Below are positions 16,769-25,749 of a DNA stretch of 64,000 nucleotides, one piece after another. Below the pieces are notes generated by a model. It made no database searches. It saw nothing but the letters and a program-made list of their open reading frames with translations, and was not told the origin of the DNA. The translations under genes and the position numbers were made by a program. Source of the stretch: an uncultured bacterium (GTDB lineage Bacteria > Abyssobacteria > SURF-5); the NCBI GenBank assembly GCA_964607485.1, contig CAZSKP010000014.1, positions 49,441 through 113,440 of the forward strand, in the 5' to 3' direction. Position 1 is the stretch's first letter; each line of letters opens with the position of its first letter.

Positions 16769-18148
16769 TTAGTAGAGCCCGTCGTTTCTCATGTCAACCA
16801 ACGATGACTTCAGTGCGCCAATTATTGCATCGACATCGTCGGGCGTGTGCGCCGTTGACAGGAAGACGACGTGCATGTCAGGCATGAAAACGCCATGCCG
16901 CCGCATGTAGTAGGGGAGCAACTTCTCTGCTATCTCGTTGGCGTTCTGCTCCATCTGGCGCAAGTCTTGCGGGTCGTCTTCGAGGAATCTTGCGATCACC
17001 GCACTCTCCAATCCCATCAAGCAGAACGGCATGTTGTTCTCTCGGGCGTATTCGTTGACCTCTTTGGTAAGTCGTTCTCCCTGCTCTTTCAAATAGGGAT
17101 ATACGGCATCCTGATTCTCTTTGAGGTAACTCAGCAACGCGCTGCCCGCCGCGCATGAGACCATGTTTCCGGAATTGGTCCCGACGGCGTGGATCTTCGT
17201 GTTGAGGTCCTCCAGCGGGTTGCCCGTCGTAACGGCCACTTCCATGATGTCGCGCCTGCCGACGACAGCGCCAAGCGGCAGCCCTCCGCCGACAATCTTG
17301 CCGAATGTCGCCAAATCGGGCTTTATGTCCCATCGATCCTGCGCGCCCCCGTAACACGCCCGGAATCCCGTCACCACTTCATCAAAGATCAGTATCACGT
17401 CCTGTTCCTTCGTGACTTCTCGCAGCTTTTTCAGGAAGTCGATGTTCAGCTTCGGCCAGCCGGGCCCCATGGGCTCCACGATAACGCAGGCAAGGTCTTT
17501 CGCATTCTCGCGTATGATATCGAAGGCGGCCTCATGGTCGCGCGGAAGCACAATCGTCGTTTCCAGGATATGACGGCATATGCCCGGCGTATCGAGGACA
17601 CCCTCCGGTCTCTCTATCGGACCGCGGCGTTCGGTTCCTATGTTGGAGCTTACGCTGACATCCGGGTGGGTGCCATGATATCCGGCTTCAAATTTTGCGA
17701 TTTTCTCTTTCCCCGAAAACGCGCGGGCTATCTTGATTGCCTGCATCGTCGACTCAGTGCCGGAATTTGTAAACAGAGACCTCTCGGCGCATGCAACCGC
17801 GTCAATTATCAACTTTCCAAGCCTATGCTCCAACTCATGCCCGACAACCACGCTGGTGCCCCGCGTAACCGCTTCCTGCACCGCTCTTACGACGACCTCC
17901 GGCGAATGGCCCAGGATGTGCGGCCCGTAGCTCATCGCGATGTCGATAAACTCGTTTCCGTCAAGGTCGATGAATCGACAGCCCTTCGCCTGCTTGATGA
18001 TCATCGGGATGAAAGGAGAATTGCGCGGTCCCTCGGTGAAGAACGAGATTGTCCCGTCCTCTTGCCTCTGTGTGTGGGCCTCCATGCATTTCTTCTGCTT
18101 GACCATCAACTCCTGGATGATGGGAAGCTCCAGTACTTCTTTCATCAT
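16769..18148 (-). CDS. Class III aminotransferase (glutamate-1-semialdehyde aminomutase-like)
   Basis: DLDGNEFID, NSGTES, YHG, LIFDEVVTGFR, TFGKIVGGGLP. Confidence 0.9.
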   Translation of the reverse strand: MMKEVLELPIIQELMVKQKKCMEAHTQRQEDGTISFFTEGPRNSPFIPMIIKQAKGCRFIDLDGNEFIDIAMSYGPHILGHSPEVVVRAVQEAVTRGTSVVVGHELEHRLGKLIIDAVACAERSLFTNSGTESTMQAIKIARAFSGKEKIAKFEAGYHGTHPDVSVSSNIGTERRGPIERPEGVLDTPGICRHILETTIVLPRDHEAAFDIIRENAKDLACVIVEPMGPGWPKLNIDFLKKLREVTKEQDVILIFDEVVTGFRACYGGAQDRWDIKPDLATFGKIVGGGLPLGAVVGRRDIMEVAVTTGNPLEDLNTKIHAVGTNSGNMVSCAAGSALLSYLKENQDAVYPYLKEQGERLTKEVNEYARENNMPFCLMGLESAVIARFLEDDPQDLRQMEQNANEIAEKLLPYYMRRHGVFMPDMHVVFLSTAHTPDDVDAIIGALKSSLVDMRNDGLY

Positions 18149-18162
18149 GGCAGTATCCTCCC

Positions 18163-18768
18163 CTAATCCTTTGTTTTCTCGTCCAGGTAGAGCCGGACGA
18201 AGTTCTTCGTCAGCCTATGCATTCTTTCAAGGGATATATTCTTGTCATCAATGTGTTTCTGCAAGGATACCCCGTCCTGAATTGCCACGAGCATACTTGC
18301 GAGGTCGTGTGCCTCCTTGGATGACAGCCCCGCCGTCTTGCCGGTTTCCGTAAGCAGTCGAAGTACTGCGGCTCGATATCGACGGAACAATCTGGTCATG
18401 CTTTTTTGGACCCTTGGATTGCGTTGGGCTTCGACGATACAACTATAGTAGAAGCCGGGAGGTTCAGTGTTATTCATTTCAGGGCTGAACAAAAATTCGA
18501 GACCTTTTTCGAAACGCTTTTCCGGGTCCTCGTATTCACCCATCTGGGCGGAGTAAGAGTGCATGAGGTCATCTACGAGTTTTTCGACCAATTCCTCAAT
18601 CATATCGTCTCTGTCTTTGAAATAATGATAGAGAATGCTGGGTTGAACCCCCGCCTCCTTTGCTATCGTCTTGATGGGGCTATTCTGCAGGCCGTGTTTT
18701 GAGATGCACCGACGCAGCGCGTCCAAAATCTGGGCTCTTCGCTCATCCGCCAGGCTCTTCCTGCCCAT
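18163..18768 (-). CDS. TetR/AcrR family regulator
   Basis: N-terminal HTH IAKEAGVQPSILYHYFKDRD. Confidence 0.92.
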   Translation of the reverse strand: MGRKSLADERRAQILDALRRCISKHGLQNSPIKTIAKEAGVQPSILYHYFKDRDDMIEELVEKLVDDLMHSYSAQMGEYEDPEKRFEKGLEFLFSPEMNNTEPPGFYYSCIVEAQRNPRVQKSMTRLFRRYRAAVLRLLTETGKTAGLSSKEAHDLASMLVAIQDGVSLQKHIDDKNISLERMHRLTKNFVRLYLDEKTKD

Positions 18769-18789
18769 GCCGTCTCCTCGAATATTATA

Positions 18790-18838
18790 TAGATTGAATA
18801 TTCAATCTAATTATACCGCGAGCCTCTGCATTTGTCAA
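18790..18838 (-). promoter_or_regulatory. Consensus sigma-70 promoter with a perfect 20-bp palindromic operator
   Basis: TTGACA-N17-TATAAT (18838-18810) immediately followed by TAGATTGAATATTCAATCTA (18790-18809). Confidence 0.85.
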
Positions 18839-18956
18839 CAGTGTGCTTACGGGAGACTTCCGGGATCGGGAGAGTCCCAGGGTGAATATCGGAAAGGAGC
18901 GGGATGTTCGCAATTCCGGAGCAGAGACCTTGAATATTCCGCATGGCTGTCACTGA

Positions 18957-20060
18957 TCAGAGGTGGTTACCCGAGGCCGAAAAGTAGCGATGGAATTTCG
19001 GGGGAAGCGATTGAGGATTCGGTGCATTCTCAAGAAAAGGTTTCAGGTCCACGGAATTCAAGGTGTGCCAGAACAGGATTGTCTTCTCCGCGTTTTGGTT
19101 CTTTGCGACAAAACTCATGAGAGCCGCCATCGTCTTGCCCGTATAGGTCACGTCCAGGGGTAATCCCTCGTGTTCACGCGTTGTTTCGATGGCTGCTCTC
19201 CCTTCCACGGTGGGACCGGCGTACTCCTCTCCAAAGAAATCGTGGATGAGCATGATATCTTCTGCTCGGTACCGTGGGCAGCGTATCGGACAATTGCAAC
19301 GCTTGAGGAAGCGAACGGCGCGATTGATTTCCCAGGCAATGATGCGTTCATTGGAAAATATCCGGTCGAGCACTCGAACGCCGATGACCTTGCTCTCAAG
19401 GCCAGCCAGACGCAGACCGAGCTGAAGCCCGGCCATTGTCCCGCCGGTGCCGACCGTTATGAAAATGATGTCCGGCGCCGGCAGCAATCCTTCCTCTATT
19501 TGGTCTCTCAGTTCGAAGGCCGCATTCACGTAGCCCAGACAGCTCAGGGCGGAGGAGCCGACCATGGGAACGAGGTAAGGCCGCTTGCCGGTGAAAGGAT
19601 TCGTATGCTTGAGATACTGAAAGAGCAACTTCAAGACCAGGTCGGCTGAGGATTTCGCATAGTCCATCGTGGCTCCGAGCGCGGCGTCGATCAAGAGATT
19701 CCGGCGCACATAATCATGTATCGGTTGCTGTCTGAACACCGCCGAGATCTTGTCGAAGCCCAACTCGCGTCCATAGATGCACGAAGCCATGACCTGGTTT
19801 GAGCCGAGCGAACCCCAACAGATGAGGGCGCTCCGATTTTTCCTCTTCGCATCTGCAAGCACAAACTCCATCATGCGAACCTTGTTGCCACCGTAAATGG
19901 CGCTGCTTTCGTCGTCCCTCTTAATCCACAAGCCAGGACACTGAAGATGTCGGCCCAATTTCTCCAGCGGGTGAACTCTGGTAGGGTACTTGCCCATCGG
20001 GGTCCACGGAACCTCATCCTGAAGTACGGGATAGGCCCGAAACAGGGGTGGTTGATACAT
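18957..20060 (-). CDS. D-cysteine desulfhydrase / ACC deaminase family PLP enzyme
   Basis: LWIKRDD, GGNKVR, GTGGTMAGL, LDVTYTGK. Confidence 0.88.
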   Translation of the reverse strand: MYQPPLFRAYPVLQDEVPWTPMGKYPTRVHPLEKLGRHLQCPGLWIKRDDESSAIYGGNKVRMMEFVLADAKRKNRSALICWGSLGSNQVMASCIYGRELGFDKISAVFRQQPIHDYVRRNLLIDAALGATMDYAKSSADLVLKLLFQYLKHTNPFTGKRPYLVPMVGSSALSCLGYVNAAFELRDQIEEGLLPAPDIIFITVGTGGTMAGLQLGLRLAGLESKVIGVRVLDRIFSNERIIAWEINRAVRFLKRCNCPIRCPRYRAEDIMLIHDFFGEEYAGPTVEGRAAIETTREHEGLPLDVTYTGKTMAALMSFVAKNQNAEKTILFWHTLNSVDLKPFLENAPNPQSLPPKFHRYFSASGNHL

Positions 20061-20176
20061 ATTCTACTCGCTCCTCTGGCAGGTCTCGCGAGAATTAGTA
20101 TATCAGAATGCGGCGGGATTTTGGACCTAAAGGATTATTCTCTGCCGGCTGGTCCTGGCGGCAGTGCCACCGTGCT

Positions 20177-20878
20177 CTAGAGACGCCCATACTTCTCATA
20201 CACATCCCTGAGCGAAGCTCCTTTCCGGAGTTCCTCTCGCGAGCGTTTTTCGGCGCCGACGACCTCCTCGGCTTTTTCGACAATAAGCTTCAGGTCCGCG
20301 GAATGCGGAATGACGACGATGCCGTCGCGGTCGGCAAACACGATATCATTCGGGTTCACTTCGACTCCGCCGCATACGATCTTCTCGTTGATTGCCACCA
20401 GCTTTGACCGACCGACCGAATCGGTGGGTATGCTCCCCTTTGCCCACACGGGAAAGTTGACCTCCAGCACACGTCGGATGTCGCGCATCGGTCCATCGAC
20501 CACTGCGCCTCTTGCGCCCCCATAGTATTTTGTGGTCGTGGCCATGAGCTCTCCGTAGGCGCCCGCGCCCCAAAAACCGTTTGTGCTGACAACGATGACC
20601 TGCCCCTTATCCAGACTCTGGCAGAACGCATCCAGCAGTCCTACTACAAAAGAAGGGTCCATTTCGTCGAGCGTTATCTTTCGATCGTCCCTGTCCTCGG
20701 CCATGGTGAAAGCGGGGCCCGCTATGGCCGCATCGGGAATGATGGGGGCAAAGCCGACTTCCATCACTTGCGACCACATGCCGAGCTCGTCGAGGATGTC
20801 TGACACGGCGGCGGTGTAGAGCTTCTCCAGTCTGTCACAGAGCCGTAACACTTCATCCCTTGATAGGTCGTTTGCCAC
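20177..20878 (-). CDS. RraA family / HMG aldolase-like protein
   Basis: TAAVSDILD, GELMAT, VVDGPMRDI, DIVFADRDGIVVIP; GTG start with GGAG RBS. Confidence 0.88.
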   Translation of the reverse strand: MANDLSRDEVLRLCDRLEKLYTAAVSDILDELGMWSQVMEVGFAPIIPDAAIAGPAFTMAEDRDDRKITLDEMDPSFVVGLLDAFCQSLDKGQVIVVSTNGFWGAGAYGELMATTTKYYGGARGAVVDGPMRDIRRVLEVNFPVWAKGSIPTDSVGRSKLVAINEKIVCGGVEVNPNDIVFADRDGIVVIPHSADLKLIVEKAEEVVGAEKRSREELRKGASLRDVYEKYGRL

Positions 20879-20983
20879 TGTCTTTCTCCCGCGGTTATTG
20901 CAGTTGACCAAGCACGTCGCTTTCAATAGAATATCTGGCAAGCTGAGAGATATCTTATCAGATCGAGGAAAGAGGGGGCAAAG

Positions 20984-22600
20984 ATGTCGCTGAAGAAGAG
21001 AAGCAAGGTGCTGCTGGAGAATCAGGACAGGACCGCCACTGCAATAGTCAGGCGGGAGTTGCTCAAGGCGATAGGCCTGACCGACGAGGAGATAAATCTG
21101 CCGTTTGTTGGGATCGCCAATTCCTGGACGGAGCTGACTCCGGGCCATATGCACCTGCGAGAGATTGGAGAAGCGGTGAAGGCCGGCGTGAGGCTGGCCG
21201 GAGGCACGCCGCTTGAATTCAACACTCCCGCTCCCTGCGACGGATACGGAAATGGTTTAGAGGGGATGAAGTATGTGCTGCCGCAGCGAGACTTAACCGC
21301 TGATTTCATCGAGATGATGGTCCGCGCTCATCATCTGGACGCAGTTGTTTTCATTTCCTCATGCGACAAGATCGTTCCCGGCCAGCTCATGGCCGCCGCC
21401 AGGCTCGACATCCCATCTATTTTTGTCACCGGCGGACCGATGCTTCCCTTCGACATGTTCTTGCCGAAAGAGGCTCCGCGCATTCTCAGCCAGCTCTGCT
21501 GTCCCGGCGCGGGGGCCTGCTCCGGTATGGGGACCGCCAACACGATGCAGTTTCTCACTGAGGCCCTCGGGATGAGCCTTCCCGGGTCGGCCGCAACTCA
21601 TGCGGTCCATTCGGAGAAGACTCACGCGGCGAAAAGAAGCGGGATGCAGATCCTGAAGCTGCTCGAAGGGGACATAACGCCCAAGAAGATCCTGACGAAG
21701 AACGCACTCGAGAACGCCATCATGGTTCAGCAGGCCACCGGCGGCTCGACTAACGCCGTGCTTCATCTTCTGGCGCTCGCAAACGAATTGAGAATTGATT
21801 TGGACATCGAGATGTACAATGAGTTGGGCAGGCAAATACCTCACATCTGCGGCGGCATGCCGTCGGGCCCTTATTTCATACTGGACATCTACAAGGCCGG
21901 CGGCGTCCCGGCCGTGATGCTTCGGCTCAGGGACAAGCTTCATATCGACGCTTTGACAGTGACCGGACAGAACCTGGAAGCAAACCTGTCGCGAGCGCTG
22001 ATACTCGATGAGGAAGTAATCAGGCCGCTCGACAGGCCATTTCATGACGAAGGCGGAATTGCCATCCTGCATGGAAACCTCGCTCCCGAATCGGCCGTTG
22101 TCAAGCAAAGCGGTGTTCCGCAAGATATGCTGGTGCACAGGGGGCCGGCGCGAGTGTTCGACAGCGAAGCGGCAGCTATTGAGGCCGCCTTTGACAAGAA
22201 GTTTCAAGAAGGCGATGTTATCGTTATCCGCTACGAAGGTCCGAAGGGAGGACCCGGAATGCGAGAGATATTGACCGTGACTGAGCTCTTATTCCAGATG
22301 AATCTGGCGGACAGCGTGTCAATCGTAACTGACGCGCGCTTTTCCGGGTTCAGCCGCGGTCCGGCAGTGGGCCACGTGAGTCCGGAGGCCTTCGCAGGCG
22401 GGCCAATCGCGGTGGTTGAGGAGGGGGATATTATTGAAATCAATATCCCCGAAAGACGCCTTCAGGTCGAGTTGCCCGACGAGGAAATTCGCAGCCGGTT
22501 GGGACATTGGAAAAAGCCTGACAGAGAGACAGGGGGCTATCTTGACCGGTACCGGGCCCTCGTTTCATCCGCTCACTTCGGGGCGATCCTGAAGACATGA
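20984..22600 (+). CDS. ilvD: Dihydroxy-acid dehydratase (IlvD/Edd family)
   Basis: PCDG, CDKIVPG, GACSGMGTAN, GGSTNAVLHL, YEGPKGGPGM, TDARFSG, VGHVSPEA. Confidence 0.85.
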   Translation: MSLKKRSKVLLENQDRTATAIVRRELLKAIGLTDEEINLPFVGIANSWTELTPGHMHLREIGEAVKAGVRLAGGTPLEFNTPAPCDGYGNGLEGMKYVLPQRDLTADFIEMMVRAHHLDAVVFISSCDKIVPGQLMAAARLDIPSIFVTGGPMLPFDMFLPKEAPRILSQLCCPGAGACSGMGTANTMQFLTEALGMSLPGSAATHAVHSEKTHAAKRSGMQILKLLEGDITPKKILTKNALENAIMVQQATGGSTNAVLHLLALANELRIDLDIEMYNELGRQIPHICGGMPSGPYFILDIYKAGGVPAVMLRLRDKLHIDALTVTGQNLEANLSRALILDEEVIRPLDRPFHDEGGIAILHGNLAPESAVVKQSGVPQDMLVHRGPARVFDSEAAAIEAAFDKKFQEGDVIVIRYEGPKGGPGMREILTVTELLFQMNLADSVSIVTDARFSGFSRGPAVGHVSPEAFAGGPIAVVEEGDIIEINIPERRLQVELPDEEIRSRLGHWKKPDRETGGYLDRYRALVSSAHFGAILKT

Positions 22601-22685
22601 AAGACGGTGCCGTGAGAGATTCGTGCGGTTCGCAATTCTTGGTCCGAATATTCTTTTCCCCTTTTCTCCCTGAGACCTCGATCTC

Positions 22686-23837
22686 CTAACATCCCATCAG
22701 CCGGCCTATGATCTCCTTCATGACCTCCGAGGTGCCGCCTCCGATTGTGGTGAGTCGCGTATCGCGCCATGCGCGCGAGATGGGGTATTCGTTCATGTAG
22801 CCGTATCCGCCGTGAATCTGGAGACAGCGGTCGATTATCTTGAAAGCAGTCTCGCAGCAGAACAGCTTCGCCATCGAGACTTCCTTCACGCACTCGACCC
22901 CGTTGTTCACGAGATATGCCGCGTGATAGGCGAGCTGCCGGGCCGCCTCGAGTTCGGTCGCCATGTCGGCAAACTTGTGGCGCGTGACCTGGAACTTGGC
23001 GATGGGCCTGCCGAACTGGACGCGGTCCTGCGCGTAATTGAGCGTCATATCCAGCGCCCTCTGAGCGCCTGCGACGGAGGCGATAGCCGCAATCAGCCGC
23101 TCGCCCTGAAAATTTATCATGGCGGTGTAGAAACCCTGCCCTTCCACGCCGAGCAGGTGCGACGCGGGGATCCTGTAATCTTCGAACACGAGCTCGGCGG
23201 TGTCGGACACGCGGTTGCCGACCTTATCGAGCTTGCGGCCCACAGAGAAACCGGGCAGCTTGGTCGGCGCGACGAACATGCTGATGCCGCCGTGACCAGC
23301 CTCGGTGTCGGTCTTGGCCGCGAGCGCAATGAAGTCCGCCCGCGTTCCGTTGGTGATGAACATCTTGGTTCCGTTGATGACGTATTCGTCGCCGTCGCGA
23401 ACGGCGGTCGTCCTCATGCTCGCCACGTCCGAGCCCGCCCCGGGCTCCGTGATGCCCAGCGCGGCGATCATCTCGCCTCGAATCGCCGGCGCCAGATATG
23501 TGCGCTTGATCTCGTCCGATCCGATGAGGTGAAGGGGACCGGTGCCCATGTCGCTCTGCACGAGGACCGACATCACGAGCCCCGCGAGCCCGCACAGGGC
23601 GAGTTCCTCGGCAAACACGACCGAATAGAAATAATCGAGACCCGAGCCTCCGTATTCCTCCGGATATCGAATTCCCAGCAAGCCGAGTTCTCCCATGCGC
23701 CTGAATACTTCGCGCGGAAACTCTTCGGCTTTGTCCCACTCCTCGGCATGCGGCGCGAGCTCCTTCTGAACGAAGTCGCGCACCGTTTTGCGAAACATCT
23801 CATGCTCTTCGGTAAAATACGGGTATCTTGATGTCAT
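22686..23837 (-). CDS. Acyl-CoA dehydrogenase
   Basis: ITEPGAGSD, NGTKMFITNG, RVQFGRPIAKFQ, QIHGGYGY, IGGGTSE. Confidence 0.95.
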   Translation of the reverse strand: MTSRYPYFTEEHEMFRKTVRDFVQKELAPHAEEWDKAEEFPREVFRRMGELGLLGIRYPEEYGGSGLDYFYSVVFAEELALCGLAGLVMSVLVQSDMGTGPLHLIGSDEIKRTYLAPAIRGEMIAALGITEPGAGSDVASMRTTAVRDGDEYVINGTKMFITNGTRADFIALAAKTDTEAGHGGISMFVAPTKLPGFSVGRKLDKVGNRVSDTAELVFEDYRIPASHLLGVEGQGFYTAMINFQGERLIAAIASVAGAQRALDMTLNYAQDRVQFGRPIAKFQVTRHKFADMATELEAARQLAYHAAYLVNNGVECVKEVSMAKLFCCETAFKIIDRCLQIHGGYGYMNEYPISRAWRDTRLTTIGGGTSEVMKEIIGRLMGC

Positions 23838-23851
23838 CGATGATTTTCTCC

Positions 23852-24268
23852 TCAACACTTGCCGGCGGGCCTGAACTTTGGTATGGCGATCTCATCGGTA
23901 GCATGGTCGAAGAGTACCTCGACCTTCATCCCGACGCTTACCTCCTCCGGGACACAGCCAACCACGTTGCTCATCATGCGAACGCCCTCATCGAGCTCCA
24001 CAAGAGTGACAACGTACGGGATGTCCTGCACAAATGCCGCGCTGGGTGCGCGACGGATGATCGTATATGAATAAATCGTTCCCCTTCCGCTCGCCTCGAC
24101 CCAATTCAGACTCTCGGAAAGGCAGCTTCGACAGTGCGACTGTGGGAAAAATTGGAACACGCCGCAATCGCCGCATCGCTGCAGCAGCAGTTTGTGCTCC
24201 CTGGCGGCTTCCCAGAACCTCGCCGTAACGAGGTCCGGCACGGGAAGCGGTTTTGAATATTCCGTCAT
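23852..24268 (-). CDS. DUF35 Zn-ribbon/OB-fold protein (ChsH2-like)
   Basis: FWEAA..LLLQRCGDC...P...CRSC, G.IYSYT, VELDEGVRM. Confidence 0.92.
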   Translation of the reverse strand: MTEYSKPLPVPDLVTARFWEAAREHKLLLQRCGDCGVFQFFPQSHCRSCLSESLNWVEASGRGTIYSYTIIRRAPSAAFVQDIPYVVTLVELDEGVRMMSNVVGCVPEEVSVGMKVEVLFDHATDEIAIPKFRPAGKC

Positions 24269-24277
24269 GACATCGCC

Positions 24278-25474
24278 TCAATCGGTTCCTAGAACGAGCG
24301 CCGTATGCGAGGAGAAATGGCCGCCGAGCCCGTTTATCAATCCCCTCTTTGCGCCCCTCACCTGCCTTTTTCCCTCCACCTCGCCCCGCAGCTGCTTGAC
24401 TGCCTCGATGATGTGAAAGATGCCCGACGGCAGTCCGGGATGGCAGTGGGCATGACAGCCTCCGTGAGTAACAATCGGTATCTCGCCCCCGATTTCGATT
24501 CTCTGCCCTCCCTCGACGAACGGACCGCCCTCTCCCTCTTTGCAGAAACCGAAACTTTCAAGGAACAATATGGGCGTTATCGAAAAGCAGTCGTACAGCT
24601 GGGCGAAATCCATGTCCTTCGGCCCGAGGCCCGACATCTCGTACACCTGGTGGGCGGCATCGGCGCTGCCGTTGCGAAGGAGGTTGCCGGCCAGGGTGAC
24701 GTGCTCCTGCGTCGTGCGGGACCCCGCCCCGAGAACGAGTACCGGCTCCTTCTTCAGGTCGCGGGCCCTCTCGGCCGAAGTGACCACGATCGCGCCGCCT
24801 CCGTCGGATATGATCGAGCACATGTCTTTCGTCAGCGGCGAGGATATCTGCTTGGACGCAAGGACGTCGTCGATCGTGAGGGGGTCGCGCTTTTGCGCAT
24901 CGGGATGCATCGAGGCGTGTTTGCGAATGCTGACGGCCACCTGCGCCAGTTGCTCGAGCGTGGTGCCGTATTCGTGCATGTGCCTCGTCGCTGCAAGCGC
25001 ATACGTGCTGACCAGCGTAGGCCCGTAAGGGACCTCGAACTGCGAGTGGCCTATCCGCGAAAAAAGTTCGGTGATGCCCTCGCCGATCACTGCCATAAAC
25101 TCGCCGTAGCCCGTGAAAGAGCGGATCGTGTCGGCAGCCGCAATGAGGACGGCGCTGGCCATGCCGCTGTGTATGGCGTTGGCCGCGCTGATGACGAGCT
25201 GGATGTGGGTGGCGCCGCCTATCTGCATCGAGGTCGTAAAGCGAGGCCTGATGCCCACGTATTCGGAGAACATGACACTGTGCATCAGGATTAATTGGTT
25301 GGCAATACCGGCGGTGAGCACGCCGTCGATGTCGGCGTTCGTGAGCCCGCAGTCTTCGAGCGCGCGTTTCGCAGCCTGCGCGTGAAGCTGCATCGGGCCC
25401 TTGTCGTGAACCGTGCCGAGATCGCTTTCGCCTATGCCCACGATTGCGATCTCGCCGCTCCAGCCGTCACCCAT
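24278..25474 (-). CDS. Thiolase-superfamily protein (SCP2-thiolase/Ltp2-like)
   Basis: AIVGIGES, ISDGGGA, QLYDCF, THGG, EAVKQLRGE; partner DUF35 gene directly downstream. Confidence 0.9.
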   Translation of the reverse strand: MGDGWSGEIAIVGIGESDLGTVHDKGPMQLHAQAAKRALEDCGLTNADIDGVLTAGIANQLILMHSVMFSEYVGIRPRFTTSMQIGGATHIQLVISAANAIHSGMASAVLIAAADTIRSFTGYGEFMAVIGEGITELFSRIGHSQFEVPYGPTLVSTYALAATRHMHEYGTTLEQLAQVAVSIRKHASMHPDAQKRDPLTIDDVLASKQISSPLTKDMCSIISDGGGAIVVTSAERARDLKKEPVLVLGAGSRTTQEHVTLAGNLLRNGSADAAHQVYEMSGLGPKDMDFAQLYDCFSITPILFLESFGFCKEGEGGPFVEGGQRIEIGGEIPIVTHGGCHAHCHPGLPSGIFHIIEAVKQLRGEVEGKRQVRGAKRGLINGLGGHFSSHTALVLGTD

Positions 25475-25631
25475 TTTGAAGTCTTTATCCTGAACTATTC
25501 ATCCGCCGTCATTTGCAATGAGCACAATATAGCGGATTCTTGCCTGAAATTCAATTGAAGGGAATTATGCGGCTCCCCCCACCAGCCGTCGATTATATCT
25601 ATCTGCATATGTGATGCAAAACCGTTGTTTC

Positions 25632-25711
25632 CGTCATTCCCGTGGAAACGGGAATCCAGAATGTCAAAATGAGCGCAAGCCTGCTGGATGCCCGCTTTCG
25701 CGGGCATGACG
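25632..25711. repeat. Pair of inverted REP-like palindromes
   Basis: CGTCATTCCCGTGGAAACGGGAATCCAG ... CTGGATGCCCGCTTTCGCGGGCATGACG; partial copy at about 44835-44861. Confidence 0.8.
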
Positions 25712-25749
25712 ACATTTCTTGCATTACTCATGCAGGAATCAATGAGAGG

